A stretch of DNA of 64,000 nt from assembly GCA_963667665.2 (NCBI GenBank), contig OY763927.2, forward strand, positions 352,001-416,000, in the 5' to 3' direction. The position numbers and the translations under genes are program-made. Each line of letters begins with the position of its first letter. Position 1 is the stretch's first letter. Below are positions 35,048-48,100 of this stretch, piece after piece. The stretch is from Nitrosopumilus sp. GTDB lineage: Archaea; Thermoproteota; Nitrososphaeria; Nitrososphaerales; Nitrosopumilaceae. The notes below the pieces were generated by a model. The model saw only the letters and a list, made by a program, of their open reading frames with translations, had not been told where the DNA came from and made no database searches.

Positions 35048-35506
35048 TTATTTGGATTCTATATTTCTAAGGGTTGTTTGAATACCAAAATCTTTCTTTG
35101 ATTTTGGGGCCTTAACAAAATCTTCCAATGAAGGAAGTTTTGGCACAATTCCATTAAAATAATCCAATATGGAATAAATCTGTAATTTGGGATATTTTTC
35201 TCCCAATGGGGTTTCAAATATTCCTGCTTTTGCAGCTGCTTCTTTCATCTTTCTTGTAGGTTCTCTAAGACAAATAAACACGCCAAGTTCTGCCTTTTCA
35301 CTATCCATAGTTCCAATTAAATCTCTAACCATTCCAGGATTAAGACTATCTCCACCTTTTACAGATACTATAATCTTGGCATCAATTCTATTACCATTCT
35401 TGTCTTTTCCCAACTGGATGAATCCCCTGCCATCAACACCTTTGTCTCCAACCTGTTTTCTGTTTGGCAATACGTTTGGAATCAGTGTTACCGCCCATGC
35501 CTCAAA
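35048..35506 (-). pseudogene. C-terminal Mrr-like restriction endonuclease domain of a truncated R-M gene
   Basis: GDKGVDG, IIVSVKGG, VRDLIG..AELGVFI; 5' part missing. Confidence 0.75.
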
Positions 35507-36452
35507 CATGGTCTACAACACTGTCGACTCGCCAAATCTCTCAAGTGTTACTGACATGTCCTACATGTTCTCGCACTCCTCCTTCAACGGCGACCTCTCC
35601 AACTGGAATGTCTCATCAGTAACTGACATGTACTACATGTTCTATGGCTCACCCCTCTACGGCGGCATCTCCGGCTGGGACGTCTCATCAGCAACCGACA
35701 TGTCCTACATATTCCTTCACTCACAATTCACCGGCGATCTCTCCGGCTGAGATGTCTCATCAGCAACCGACATGTCCTACATGTTCAGTGACTCACCCTT
35801 CAACGGTAATCTAGGCAACTGGTACATCACACTTGACAACGCGTCAATTGCCGGAATCCCGGGGACGGTCGGAAACATCGCAGCGCAGAACGAGTTCATT
35901 GCAACTCAAGTGTTCACATACGGTATTGGATCCGGTGGCGGCTCGGAACACTTTGGCATAAACGGCACCGAATTGATCCTGATGACTGCTCCTGATGACA
36001 GTCCGGCAACCGTCAACATAACCTCCATCACTGGCGCCAGGGACTTTGGCACATCCAATTCTTGCATATTTGAGATAACTTTCACGCCAATCGCCACCCT
36101 AGACAATATTGCCCCCAGGATTGCATCAATCGAGAGAAGCAGCCCCATAGCCCAAATCACAGACAGCCAGACGCTGATCTACCGTGCGACCTTCAGCGAG
36201 GACGTGATGGGAGTAAATACATCTGACTTTGAATTATCCTCTGACAGTACTGGAGGCAGCGGTACCGGTCCTGTTACCGGCATCTCAGGCTCAGGTAGCG
36301 TATACTATGTGGCAGTCTCTGCTATACGAGACGGGACATACAACATTGATCTGATATCGCCAGGCCACGGCATTGCAGATGCAGCTGGCAACCCTCTGAC
36401 CAATACTTTACCTGTAGGTGCAGACCGCACATACACCGTTACCACCCCCTAA
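35499..36452 (+). pseudogene. DUF285/BspA-type repeat surface protein, 5'-truncated, internal TGA at 35748
   Basis: FNGDLSNWNVSSVTDMxYMF repeats; TGA where Trp is expected; C-terminal module homologous to the giant-gene modules. Confidence 0.85.
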
Positions 36453-36831
36453 TCGACTACATAGTGCAGGTACACCTCGTCCCCACAGATGCAGATCACA
36501 CGAGACTGTCACCACTGCCATTGCAGACAATGCGCTCCTCCAAGACTACATCAACTTATCTGCAATACTACCATCTCTGACGATGCCAAGACTGTATGTT
36601 GCATTCTGCGGGGCAGGACACCTACATAACACTGATCGCTGTGTGCCTACATACCAATTCCTCTATCCGCTTTGACACTATCATGGGACAGGACAGAGTC
36701 GGCCGTATTCACACCAGTTACTGGCTCTCAAAATGTTGCCCTGAAGAACGTCTTCTGGCCATCGGTGATAACACGAAGAACTGTCTCCGATAACTTGACA
36801 AAACCGGCAAACAGACAAATTTTTTAAATGG

Positions 36832-37182
36832 ATGCTGACAGACATGGTGATGTCTGACAACCTTCAAAAAAGAGCTGCCAAGATGCTGTTGCAGGGTGCA
36901 GCACTGCTTGCAGAACCATGTCCGTACTGCAAGGGGGTCAGGGTAATGAGCAAGGGATATGCGTTGTGCGTCAGCTGTGGCAGCAAGCCTGAAAAAAAGA
37001 CTGTCCCGGCAACGAATTTTGATGATTCTTCTCTGAAAGACATCTTACAGCAAAAGATCAAGTCCCTCTCAAAGGAACTGGAATCTGAATCCGATCATAA
37101 AAAACAGCAGGACATTCTAAAAATGATAAACTCCCTGCTCGATACTGCAAACAAGGTTCAGGACAACTCCCATGCCAATTAA
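36832..37182 (+). CDS. Sjogren syndrome/scleroderma autoantigen p27 family Zn-finger protein
   Basis: AAKMLLQGAALLAEPCPYC...CVSC. Confidence 0.85.
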   Translation: MLTDMVMSDNLQKRAAKMLLQGAALLAEPCPYCKGVRVMSKGYALCVSCGSKPEKKTVPATNFDDSSLKDILQQKIKSLSKELESESDHKKQQDILKMINSLLDTANKVQDNSHAN

Positions 37183-37629
37183 TAGGGCAACACCTGTTCT
37201 ATGATGATGATGACGTCCCTGCAGTAAGGATGTTTTAAGGCGTGCAAAAGCATTTTGGTTAAAACAACGACTGATGTTTTACCGTCATCGACTTTTTGTA
37301 ATTGTTGTCTTTACTGTCTTTCGTGTTTTTATCACGTTTTTTGCTCATCGGGTTGGCGCGAGATCCGTGCTCTTTAATCTTTTCGTTGCTTTTGAATTAA
37401 AAATTTGAACAACGCCACATGGCAGCACAAGGGCAAAGGAGACGATGACGCAGACGCAAATTTCTTTTCATGCATAACGACATGAAAGAACAAGAAACTG
37501 GATTAATTGGCAGAGATTGCAAAATACACCTAAAAATGAGTAAAACCATGTGAGCACTTTTGAAAATTATATTGGATTGTGCACAGAACCCAACGGTAGA
37601 GGCGACCAAGCACTTTTCGTGGTCACAGT

Positions 37630-37733
37630 GTGTCTTGCCTAACACTTGTTGCTTTCTCCAACATCGTCCCACCAAAGAAACATGTGTATGTATCATGGGC
37701 GTGTCTTGCCTAACACTTGATTGCTTCTTCCAA
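37630..37733. repeat. Two degenerate ~33-bp direct repeats with a 39-bp spacer (possible CRISPR relic)
   Basis: GTGTCTTGCCTAACACTTG(-/A)TTGCTT(TC/CT)TCCAA at 37630 and 37701. Confidence 0.6.
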
Positions 37734-37907
37734 TCTTGGGATGTCGCCTGTCAGAGTTATGTTTCTTCTGCCTGTCATATTTTCGTCTAGATCGCCATGC
37801 GCGTCCGCATTATCTGTTGCTATGATCATGCGGCGGTTACGTAATTTGCCATATTCGCATATCGCGTTAGCCAATTCTAAATATCTTTGATCGTCTCTGT
37901 CCTTGAA

Positions 37908-38931
37908 TGTGTTATATAGAAATTAATTCCGCTAGTCATTGACATCCTCTTCCATCCATACGGTTGCTCTTTCTGATCCCTTCTGGCATCTTTTTTGCTA
38001 TGGGGTGCCATCAACGGGGTTTGACCATTCCTGATGTCCAGTGAAAAGTGCGTTCTTTGCTCGTTGTAAAACTTCATGAATTCCTCTACACTATCAAAGT
38101 GCACAAACTCACTTTCAAGCGTTCCAAAGAACCGCTTGAGATTTCCATTGGTCTGGGGGCGGTATGTCTTGGCAGTTATCGGCACGATGTTGTTGGCAAC
38201 GTTTCTCTTCAAACGCGGTGAGCATCCGTCGTCTTTTCGGACATCCAAGCTTTCCTCCTGCAAAGCACTGCCGTTGTCAGAGCATCGGGACAGGTGCATG
38301 GTGTACTGGGATATGGCCTGACGCAGCATCGATGCGGCATTCTCAGACGTTGCGTTCTGGAACACGCTGGCCCCTGTAACGCACCTGGATACATCATCCA
38401 AAAACACTATCAGGTTGAGCCTTTTCAGGTGTGAATCCTTTATCAGGTGCCAGTCCACATGCCACATCGCATTGGAGTACCTGCACGCATACTGCACCTA
38501 CTTACATTTCCTTGATTTTGCAGGGAATGAGACGATCAGTCAGTTGGACTTTATTATCTGGTATATGCGCCGATGACATGTATGGGCCCGAGTTCTTTGC
38601 GATCTGTAGCACACATGCAACCCAAAGCGTGTACATCCGGCATCGCTTTTACTTCTTCAGGTGACAAGATTGACTGGCAGTCCTGGCTTCCTGCAAGTGG
38701 CTCTTGCCGTCATCCCTGCACTCCATCCACAACCGCCAGACGTGCCTAGGTAACTCCAATCTCCTTTGCCACCGTTCTGGCGTCCTTGCCTTGCTCCAAC
38801 TGTCAGATGGCGTATCGTGTGGATCTGTCTGTCAGTTTTGGTTTCATAGTCTCCTCTGATCTGTGCAGTCTAAAGTAGTCTGTCAGCACACGCTTGATTA
38901 CGTTATGGCGACATGATTTCAATACAACACA
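37908..38931 (-). mobile_element. IS481-family element with a degraded transposase
   Basis: WHVDW..DDVSR, SDNG, PQTNGNLKRFF integrase core; HTH start at 38847 with stops; imperfect TIRs TGTGTTATATAGAAATTA / TGTGTTGTATTGAAATCA. Confidence 0.8.
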
Positions 38932-39193
38932 ATTGCAACGTGTATGATCAGGTTTGCGCCTGAGAATTGACAAAAGCATCTATAAAATTAGGCTGCGATC
39001 ATTTTAGACTGCATTTATGCGTAAAAAGCATGGCAAATCTGATATGTAAATTCTACGCGAGGAGGTTAAGCAATACATACATATATTTAATAACGAAAAT
39101 TGCAATTGTGAAGATTGATGACTTTTACGCATATATTTTTCAATATTTTGCGCACAAGTTGTTCTGTACCTCCGACATTATCCTCCGAAGAAG

Positions 39194-42100
39194 ATGACGG
39201 TCCTGCTGGCAGCAACGCTGGTAGTCATGCTGGTCATGACGCTTGTGGTAACAGGTGGAGGGGCAGTACTGCACGCAGGCGAGCCCTTGCAGGTGTCTGC
39301 GCTGAACCCAGAGCTGTACCAGCCGGCCGGCACCCCCTGGCCGATTCTGGATCTGGCTACATCTGCGTTGCTGCCAGGATACGCGTTTGCGCAGGTTTCA
39401 GGCAGTGCGCCTCCGACCTTTGATTCATCCGAACTTTACAGTGATACAGGAGTGCTAACAATTATCTTTTCAGAAACAATAGATGTAACACCTACAACAA
39501 ACGTTGTTCCGACCAAGATCCACATAAGAGAGTCAGGCAGTTACACAGGCGGTATAACATTGAGTGCAGGCGAGCTTGGCACTACTGCTGCTGATGGCAC
39601 CGCAATCTCATTTACCCTGACTGCATCACACCGCGCAACAGTTGTAGGACTGGCCACGCCGAAACTGACAATCGAACCTGGAGCGGTACGGGACACGTCT
39701 GGCAACACTATTGAAGGCACGTTTGATATCTCCACTGCCGTTTTTGTTGATTACACTTTAATCAGATCATGGGAATCTCTTCCATCAGGCATGGCATTCT
39801 CAAATGACGGTACCAAGATGTTTGTAGTAGGTACTAGCGGAGACGACATAGACGAATACACGCTGTCTGCTGCCTTTGATGTCTCCACCCTCAGCTTTGT
39901 CAATTCCACCTCCATCTTAAACCAGACCTCTTCTCCATCAGGCATGGCATTCTCAAATGACGGTCTCAAGATGTTTGTAACAGGCTTTAATAATAAAAAC
40001 ATAAACGAATACGCACTGTCTACCGCCTTTGATGCCTCCACCCGCGAATTTGTCCGTGCCAAATTAGTCCAAGTACAGGAAAAGAATCCAACAGGCATGG
40101 CATTTTCAAGTGACGGCCTCAAGATGTTTGTAGTAGGTACTCGCAGCGACGCCATACACGAATACACAATGCCTGCCCCCTTTGATATCTACCGTCGCGA
40201 TTTTGTCCATACCATCTCTGTCGCAACATGGGAAGGTGCTCCACAAGATGTAGCATTCTCAAATGACGGCCTCAAGATGTTTGTAATAGGTAATAGCAAA
40301 GGCGCCATGATAAACGAATATGCACTGTCTACCGCCTTTGATGTCTCCACTGCCGCCCATGCTGGCTCCTTATCCGTCTCATCAGAGGAGACTAGTCCAC
40401 AAGGCATGGCATTCTCAAATGACGGCGCCAAGATGTTTGTAGTGGGTACTAGCGGAGACGACATAAACGAATACACGCTAAACTCCGTCTATCCCATTAC
40501 GGTGACAACCACCAGCGCCACTACCCCCACACTTGCATCAATTCAGCGATATAACCCTGCGACCCAGAATACGAACAGCCAGACACTGATATACAAGGTG
40601 ACCTTTAGCGAAAATGTTACTGGGGTGGATGTATCTGACTTTGCCCTGTCTTCTGACAGTACTGGGGGAACAGGCGGCGGTACCGGCATCTCAGGTTCAG
40701 GTGATGTGTATTATGTAACGGTCTCTGTCACGCAGGACGGGACATACAACCTTGATCTTGTTTCATCAGGTCACGGCATCACCGACGCCGCAGCCAACCC
40801 GCTGATAAACACAACCCCCACCACCGGAATAGACCAGACATACACAGTCAGAATCATACCTCCAGACAACACCGTCCCCACGCTTGTATCAATCCAGAGG
40901 AGCAGTCCTGCCGTCGAAAATACCGGTAGCCAGACATTGGTATATGAAGTGACCTTCAGCGAGGATGTTACTGGGGTGGATGCATCTGATTTTGCCCTGT
41001 CGCCTGGAAGTATTGGAGGGGTAGGAAGCACCAATACTGGCAGCAGCTCTGGACAGTTCATGCAAACGCGATCACCTGCCCTTGCCATACCTGACACGGA
41101 CACAGTCTCTGACACCATCACAGTATCAAATTCCGGGACCGCCACCTCTGTTTACGTCGCAGTGGACATCACGCATGCACACATCGGCGATCTCAAGATA
41201 GACCTCATCGCCCCTGACGGCACTACCAGAACGTTGCACAACTATGAAGGTGGACATGCAAAAGCCATAGACCAGACATACACCCTGTCCTTTGCCGATG
41301 TCTCAATTGCAGGCACTTGGACCCTGCGAATACATGATGGTTTTAATGTCTATCACGGTGTCCTGAACAACTGGACGCTTACGGTCAATTATGGTGATGC
41401 TGCCACCATCCCTGTCACCGGCATATCAGGTTCAGGTGATGTGTACTATGTGACAGTCTTTGCATCAACTAATGGGATATACAACCTTGATCTTGTTTCA
41501 TCAGGTCACGGCATCGCAGATACTGCAAGCAACCCGCTGACCGACACGGATCCCACCGGGGCAGACCAGACATACACTGTCAGCATCACGGTTATAGATA
41601 CCATCTACCCAAGACTTGAGTCAATTGAGCGGTACAATCCCGCATCCCAAAACACGACCAGCCAGACGCTGATCTACATGGCAACCTTCAGCGAGAATGT
41701 CACAGGGGTGGATGCATCTGACTTTATTTTGTCTCCTGACAGTGCCGGGGGAACAGGCGGCGGTAGCAGCCCTGTTACTGAGGTCTCAGGTTCAGATGAT
41801 GTGTACTTTGTGACAGTCTTTGCATCAACTAATGGGATATACAACCTTGATCTTATCTCATCAGGTCACGGCATCGCAGATACTGCAAGCAACCCGCTGA
41901 CCGACACGGATCCCACCGGGGCAGACCAGACATACACTGTCAGCATCACGGTTATAGATACCATCTACCCAAGACTTGAGTCAATTGAGCGGTACAATCC
42001 CGCATCCCAAAACACGACCAGCCAGACGCTGATCTACATGGCAACCTTCAGCGAGAATGTCACAGGGGTGGATGCATCTGACTTTATTTTGTCTCCTGAC

Positions 42101-45100
42101 AGTGCCGGGGGAACAGGCGGCGGTAGCAGCCCTGTTACTGAGGTCTCAGGTTCAGGTGATGTGTACTTTGTGACAGTCTTTGCATCAACTAATGGGATAT
42201 ACAACCTTGATCTTATCTCATCAGGTCACGGCATCGCAGATACTGCAAGCAACCCGCTGACCGACACGGATCCCACCGGGGCAGACCAGACATACACTGT
42301 CAGCATCACGGTTATAGATACCATCTACCCAAGACTTGAGTCAATTGAGCGGTACAATCCCGCATCCCAAAACACGACCAGCCAGACGCTGATCTACATG
42401 GCAACCTTCAGCGAGAATGTCACAGGGGTGGATGCATCTGACTTTATTTTGTCTCCTGACAGTGCCGGGGGAACAGGCGGCGGTAGCAGCCCTGTTACTG
42501 AGGTCTCAGGTTCAGGTGATGTGTACTTTGTGACAGTCTTTGCATCAACTAATGGGATATACAACCTTGATCTTATCTCATCAGGTCACGGCATCGCAGA
42601 TACTGCAAGCAACCCGCTGACCGACACGGATCCCACCGGGGCAGACCAGACATACACTGTCAGCATCACGGTTATAGATACCATCTACCCAAGACTTGAG
42701 TCAATTGAGCGGTACAATCCCGCATCCCAAAACACGACCAGCCAGACGCTGATCTACATGGCAACCTTCAGCGAGAATGTCACAGGGGTGGATGCATCTG
42801 ACTTTATTTTGTCTCCTGACAGTGCCGGGGGAACAGGCGGCGGTAGCAGCCCTGTTACTGAGGTCTCAGGTTCAGATGATGTGTACTTTGTGACAGTCTT
42901 TGCATCAACTAATGGGATATACAACCTTGATCTTATCTCATCAGGTCACGGCATCGCAGATACTGCAAGCAACCCGCTGACCGACACGGATCCCACCGGG
43001 GCAGACCAGACATACACTGTCAGCATCACGGTTATAGATACCATCTACCCAAGACTTGAGTCAATTGAGCGGTACAATCCCGCATCCCAAAACACGACCA
43101 GCCAGACGCTGATCTACATGGCAACCTTCAGCGAGAATGTCACAGGGGTGGATGCATCTGACTTTATTTTGTCTCCTGACAGTGCCGGGGGAACAGGCGG
43201 CGGTAGCAGCCCTGTTACTGAGGTCTCAGGTTCAGGTGATGTGTACTATGTGACAGTCTTTGCATCAACTAATGGGATATACAACCTTGATCTTATCTCA
43301 TCAGGTCACGGCATCGCAGATACTGCAAGCAACCCGCTGACCGACACGGATCCCACCGGGGCAGACCAGACATACACTGTCAGTACCACGGTTATAGATA
43401 CCATCTACCCAAGACTTGAGTCAATTGAGCGGTACAATCCCGCATCCCAAAACACGACCAGCCAGACGCTGATCTACATGGCAACCTTCAGCGAGAATGT
43501 CACAGGGGTGGATGCATCTGACTTTATTTTGTCTCCTGACAGTGCCGGGGGAACAGGCGGCGGTAGCAGCCCTGTTACTGAGGTCTCAGGTTCAGGTGAT
43601 GTGTACTTTGTGACAGTCTTTGCATCAACTAATGGGATATACAACCTTGATCTTATCTCATCAGGTCACGGCATCGCAGATACTGCAAGCAACCCGCTGA
43701 CCGACACGGATCCCACCGGGGCAGACCAGACATACACTGTCAGCATCACGGTTATAGATACCATCTACCCAAGACTTGAGTCAATTGAGCGGTACAATCC
43801 CGCATCCCAAAACACGACCAGCCAGACGCTGATCTACATGGCAACCTTCAGCGAGAATGTCACAGGGGTGGATGCATCTGACTTTATTTTGTCTCCTGAC
43901 AGTGCCGGGGGAACAGGCGGCGGTAGCAGCCCTGTTACTGAGGTCTCAGGTTCAGGTGATGTGTACTTTGTGACAGTCTTTGCATCAACTAATGGGATAT
44001 ACAACCTTGATCTTATCTCATCAGGTCACGGCATCGCAGATACTGCAAGCAACCCGCTGACCGACACGGATCCCACCGGGGCAGACCAGACATACACTGT
44101 CAGCATCACGGTTATAGATACCATCTACCCAAGACTTGAGTCAATTGAGCGGTACAATCCCGCATCCCAAAACACGACCAGCCAGACGCTGATCTACATG
44201 GCAACCTTCAGCGAGAATGTCACAGGGGTGGATGCATCTGACTTTATTTTGTCTCCTGACAGTGCCGGGGGAACAGGCGGCGGTAGCAGCCCTGTTACTG
44301 AGGTCTCAGGTTCAGGTGATGTGTACTTTGTGACAGTCTTTGCATCAACTAATGGGATATACAACCTTGATCTTATCTCATCAGGTCACGGCATCGCAGA
44401 TACTGCAAGCAACCCGCTGACCGACACGGATCCCACCGGGGCAGACCAGACATACACTGTCAGCATCACGGTTATAGATACCATCTACCCAAGACTTGAG
44501 TCAATTGAGCGGTACAATCCCGCATCCCAAAACACGACCAGCCAGACGCTGATCTACATGGCAACCTTCAGCGAGAATGTCACAGGGGTGGATGCATCTG
44601 ACTTTATTTTGTCTCCTGACAGTGCCGGGGGAGGGAACACCTCTGCCTCCACCGGACAGTTCACGCATACAAGATCCCCCAACCTTACCATACCTGACCT
44701 TGCAACTGTATCTGATACCATCACAGTCTCCAGTTCTGGAACTGTCGCCTCCGTCTCAGTTACAGTAGACATCACGCATAACTACATCGGCGATCTCAAG
44801 ATAGACCTCATTGCACCTGACGGCACTACCAGAACGTTGCACGACCGTGAAGGCGGCACTGCGAACAACATATACAAGACGTACACCCTGCCCTTTGGAA
44901 GCGTACCGATCTCAGGCGTCTGGACACTGCAGATAAACGACAACTATGATGTCGATTCCGGAGTCCTGAACAGCTGGACGCTTACGGTCAATTATGCTGA
45001 TGCTGCCACCATCCCTGTCACCGGCATATCAGGTTCAGATGATGTGTACTATGTGACAGTCTTTGCATCAACTAATGGGATATACAACCTTGATCTTATC

Positions 45101-48100
45101 TCATCAGGTCACGGCATCGCAGATACTGCAAGCAACCCGCTGACCGACACGGATCCCACCGGGGCAGACCAGACATACACTGTCAGTACCACGGTTATAG
45201 ATACCATCTACCCAAGACTTGAGTCAATTGAGCGGTACAATCCCGCATCCCAAAACACGACCAGCCAGACGCTGATCTACATGGCAACCTTCAGCGAGAA
45301 TGTCACAGGGGTGGATGCATCTGACTTTATTTTGTCTCCTGACAGTGCCGGGGGAGGGAACACCTCTGCCTCCACCGGACAGTTCACGCATACAAGATCC
45401 CCCAACCTTACCATACCTGACCTTGCAACTGTATCTGATACCATCACAGTCTCCAGTTCTGGAACTGTCGCCTCCGTCTCAGTTACAGTAGACATCACGC
45501 ATAACTACATCGGCGATCTCAAGATAGACCTCATTGCACCTGACGGCACTACCAGAACGTTGCACGACCGTGAAGGCGGCACTGCGAACAACATATACAA
45601 GACGTACACCCTGCCCTTTGGAAGCGTACCGATCTCAGGCGTCTGGACACTGCAGATAAACGACAACTATGATGTCGATTCCGGAGTCCTGAACAGCTGG
45701 ACACTTACCATCGGTTACGGGACTACTCTCAGCCCTGTCACTGACGTCTCAGGTTCAGATGATGTGTACTTTGTGACAGTCTTTGCATCAACTAATGGGA
45801 TATACAACCTTGATCTTATCTCATCAGGTCACGGCATCGCAGATACTGCAAGCAACCCGCTGACCGACACGGATCCCACCGGGGCAGACCAGACATACAC
45901 TGTCAGCATCACGGTTATAGATACCATCTACCCAAGACTTGAGTCAATTGAGCGGTACAATCCCGCATCCCAAAACACGACCAGCCAGACGCTGATCTAC
46001 ATGGCAACCTTCAGCGAGAATGTCACAGGGGTGGATGCATCTGACTTTATTTTGTCTCCTGACAGTGCCGGGGGAACAGGCGGCGGTAGCAGCCCTGTTA
46101 CTGAGGTCTCAGGTTCAGATGATGTGTACTTTGTGACAGTCTTTGCATCAACTAATGGGATATACAACCTTGATCTTATCTCATCAGGTCACGGCATCGC
46201 AGATACTGCAAGCAACCCGCTGACCGACACGGATCCCACCGGGGCAGACCAGACATACACTGTCAGCATCACGGTTATAGATACCATCTACCCAAGACTT
46301 GAGTCAATTGAGCGGTACAATCCCGCATCCCAAAACACGACCAGCCAGACGCTGATCTACATGGCAACCTTCAGCGAGAATGTCACAGGGGTGGATGCAT
46401 CTGACTTTATTTTGTCTCCTGACAGTGCCGGGGGAGGGAACACCTCTGCCTCCACCGGACAGTTCACGCATACAAGATCCCCCAACCTTACCATACCTGA
46501 CCTTGCAACTGTATCTGATACCATCACAGTCCCTGATTCTGAAACTGCCACATCCGTCTCAGTTACAGTAGACATCACGCATAACTACATCGGCGATCTC
46601 AAGATAGACCTCATTGCACCTGATGGCACTTCAATAACACTACACGACAATTCTGGCGGCAGCACCGACAACATAGACCAGCCGTACGCCCCGTTATTTG
46701 GAAGCATCCCCATCTCAGGTGTCTGGACCCTGCAGATACACGATAACTATGACGCCGATCCCGGGGTTCTGAACAGCTGGACACTTACCATCAATTACGG
46801 CGATACTGCCACAACTGTCAGCTCCGTTACTGACATCTCAGGTTCAGGTGATGTGTACTATGTGACAGTCTTTGCATCAACTAATGGGATATACAACCTT
46901 GATCTTATCTCATCAGGTCACGGCATCGCAGATACTGCAAGCAACCCGCTGACCGACACGGATCCCACCGGGGCAGACCAGACATACACTGTCAGCATCA
47001 CGGTTATAGATACCATCTACCCAAGACTTGAGTCAATTGAGCGGTACAATCCCGCATCCCAAAACACGACCAGCCAGACGCTGATCTACATGGCAACCTT
47101 CAGCGAGAATGTCACAGGGGTGGATGCATCTGACTTTATTTTGTCTCCTGACAGTGCCGGGGGAACAGGCGGCGGTAGCAGCCCTGTTACTGAGGTCTCA
47201 GGTTCAGGTGATGTGTACTTTGTGACAGTCTTTGCATCAACTAATGGGATATACAACCTTGATCTTATCTCATCAGGTCACGGCATCGCAGATACTGCAA
47301 GCAACCCGCTGACCGACACGGATCCCACCGGGGCAGACCAGACATACACTGTCAGCATCACGGTTATAGATACCATCTACCCAAGACTTGAGTCAATTGA
47401 GCGGTACAATCCCGCATCCCAAAACACGACCAGCCAGACGCTGATCTACATGGCAACCTTCAGCGAGAATGTCACAGGGGTGGATGCATCTGACTTTATT
47501 TTGTCTCCTGACAGTGCCGGGGGAACAGGCGGCGGTAGCAGCCCTGTTACTGAGGTCTCAGGTTCAGATGATGTGTACTTTGTGACAGTCTTTGCATCAA
47601 CTAATGGGATATACAACCTTGATCTTATCTCATCAGGTCACGGCATCGCAGATACTGCAAGCAACCCGCTGACCGACACGGATCCCACCGGGGCAGACCA
47701 GACATACACGTCAGCATCACGGTTATAGATACCATCTACCCAAGACTTGAGTCAATTGAGCGGTACAATCCCGCATCCCAAAACACGACCAGCCAGACGC
47801 TGATCTACATGGCAACCTTCAGCGAGAATGTCACAGGGGTGGATGCATCTGACTTTATTTTGTCTCCTGACAGTGCCGGGGGAACAGGCGGCGGTAGCAG
47901 CCCTGTTACTGACGTCTCAGGTTCAGATGATGTGTACTTTGTGACAGTCTTTGCATCAACTAATGGGATATACAACCTTGATCTTATCTCATCAGGTCAC
48001 GGCATCGCAGATACTGCAAGCAACCCGCTGACCGACACGGATCCCACCGGGGCAGACCAGACATACACTGTCAGCATCACGGTTATAGATACCATCTACC

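Noticed and set aside
35187-35750. 187-aa plus-strand ORF as a real gene
   Set aside because: First ~105 aa are the antisense of the Mrr-like fragment; only the part after ~35499 is DUF285-like
35748-35750. TGA recoding (Trp or Sec) in the DUF285 gene
   Set aside because: TGA ends normal genes in this window and the gene is already 5'-truncated; a simple TGG to TGA mutation explains it
37580-37590. ACAGAACC as inverted partner of the orphan IS6 ends
   Set aside because: Only 8 nt match and the rest of the TIR is absent
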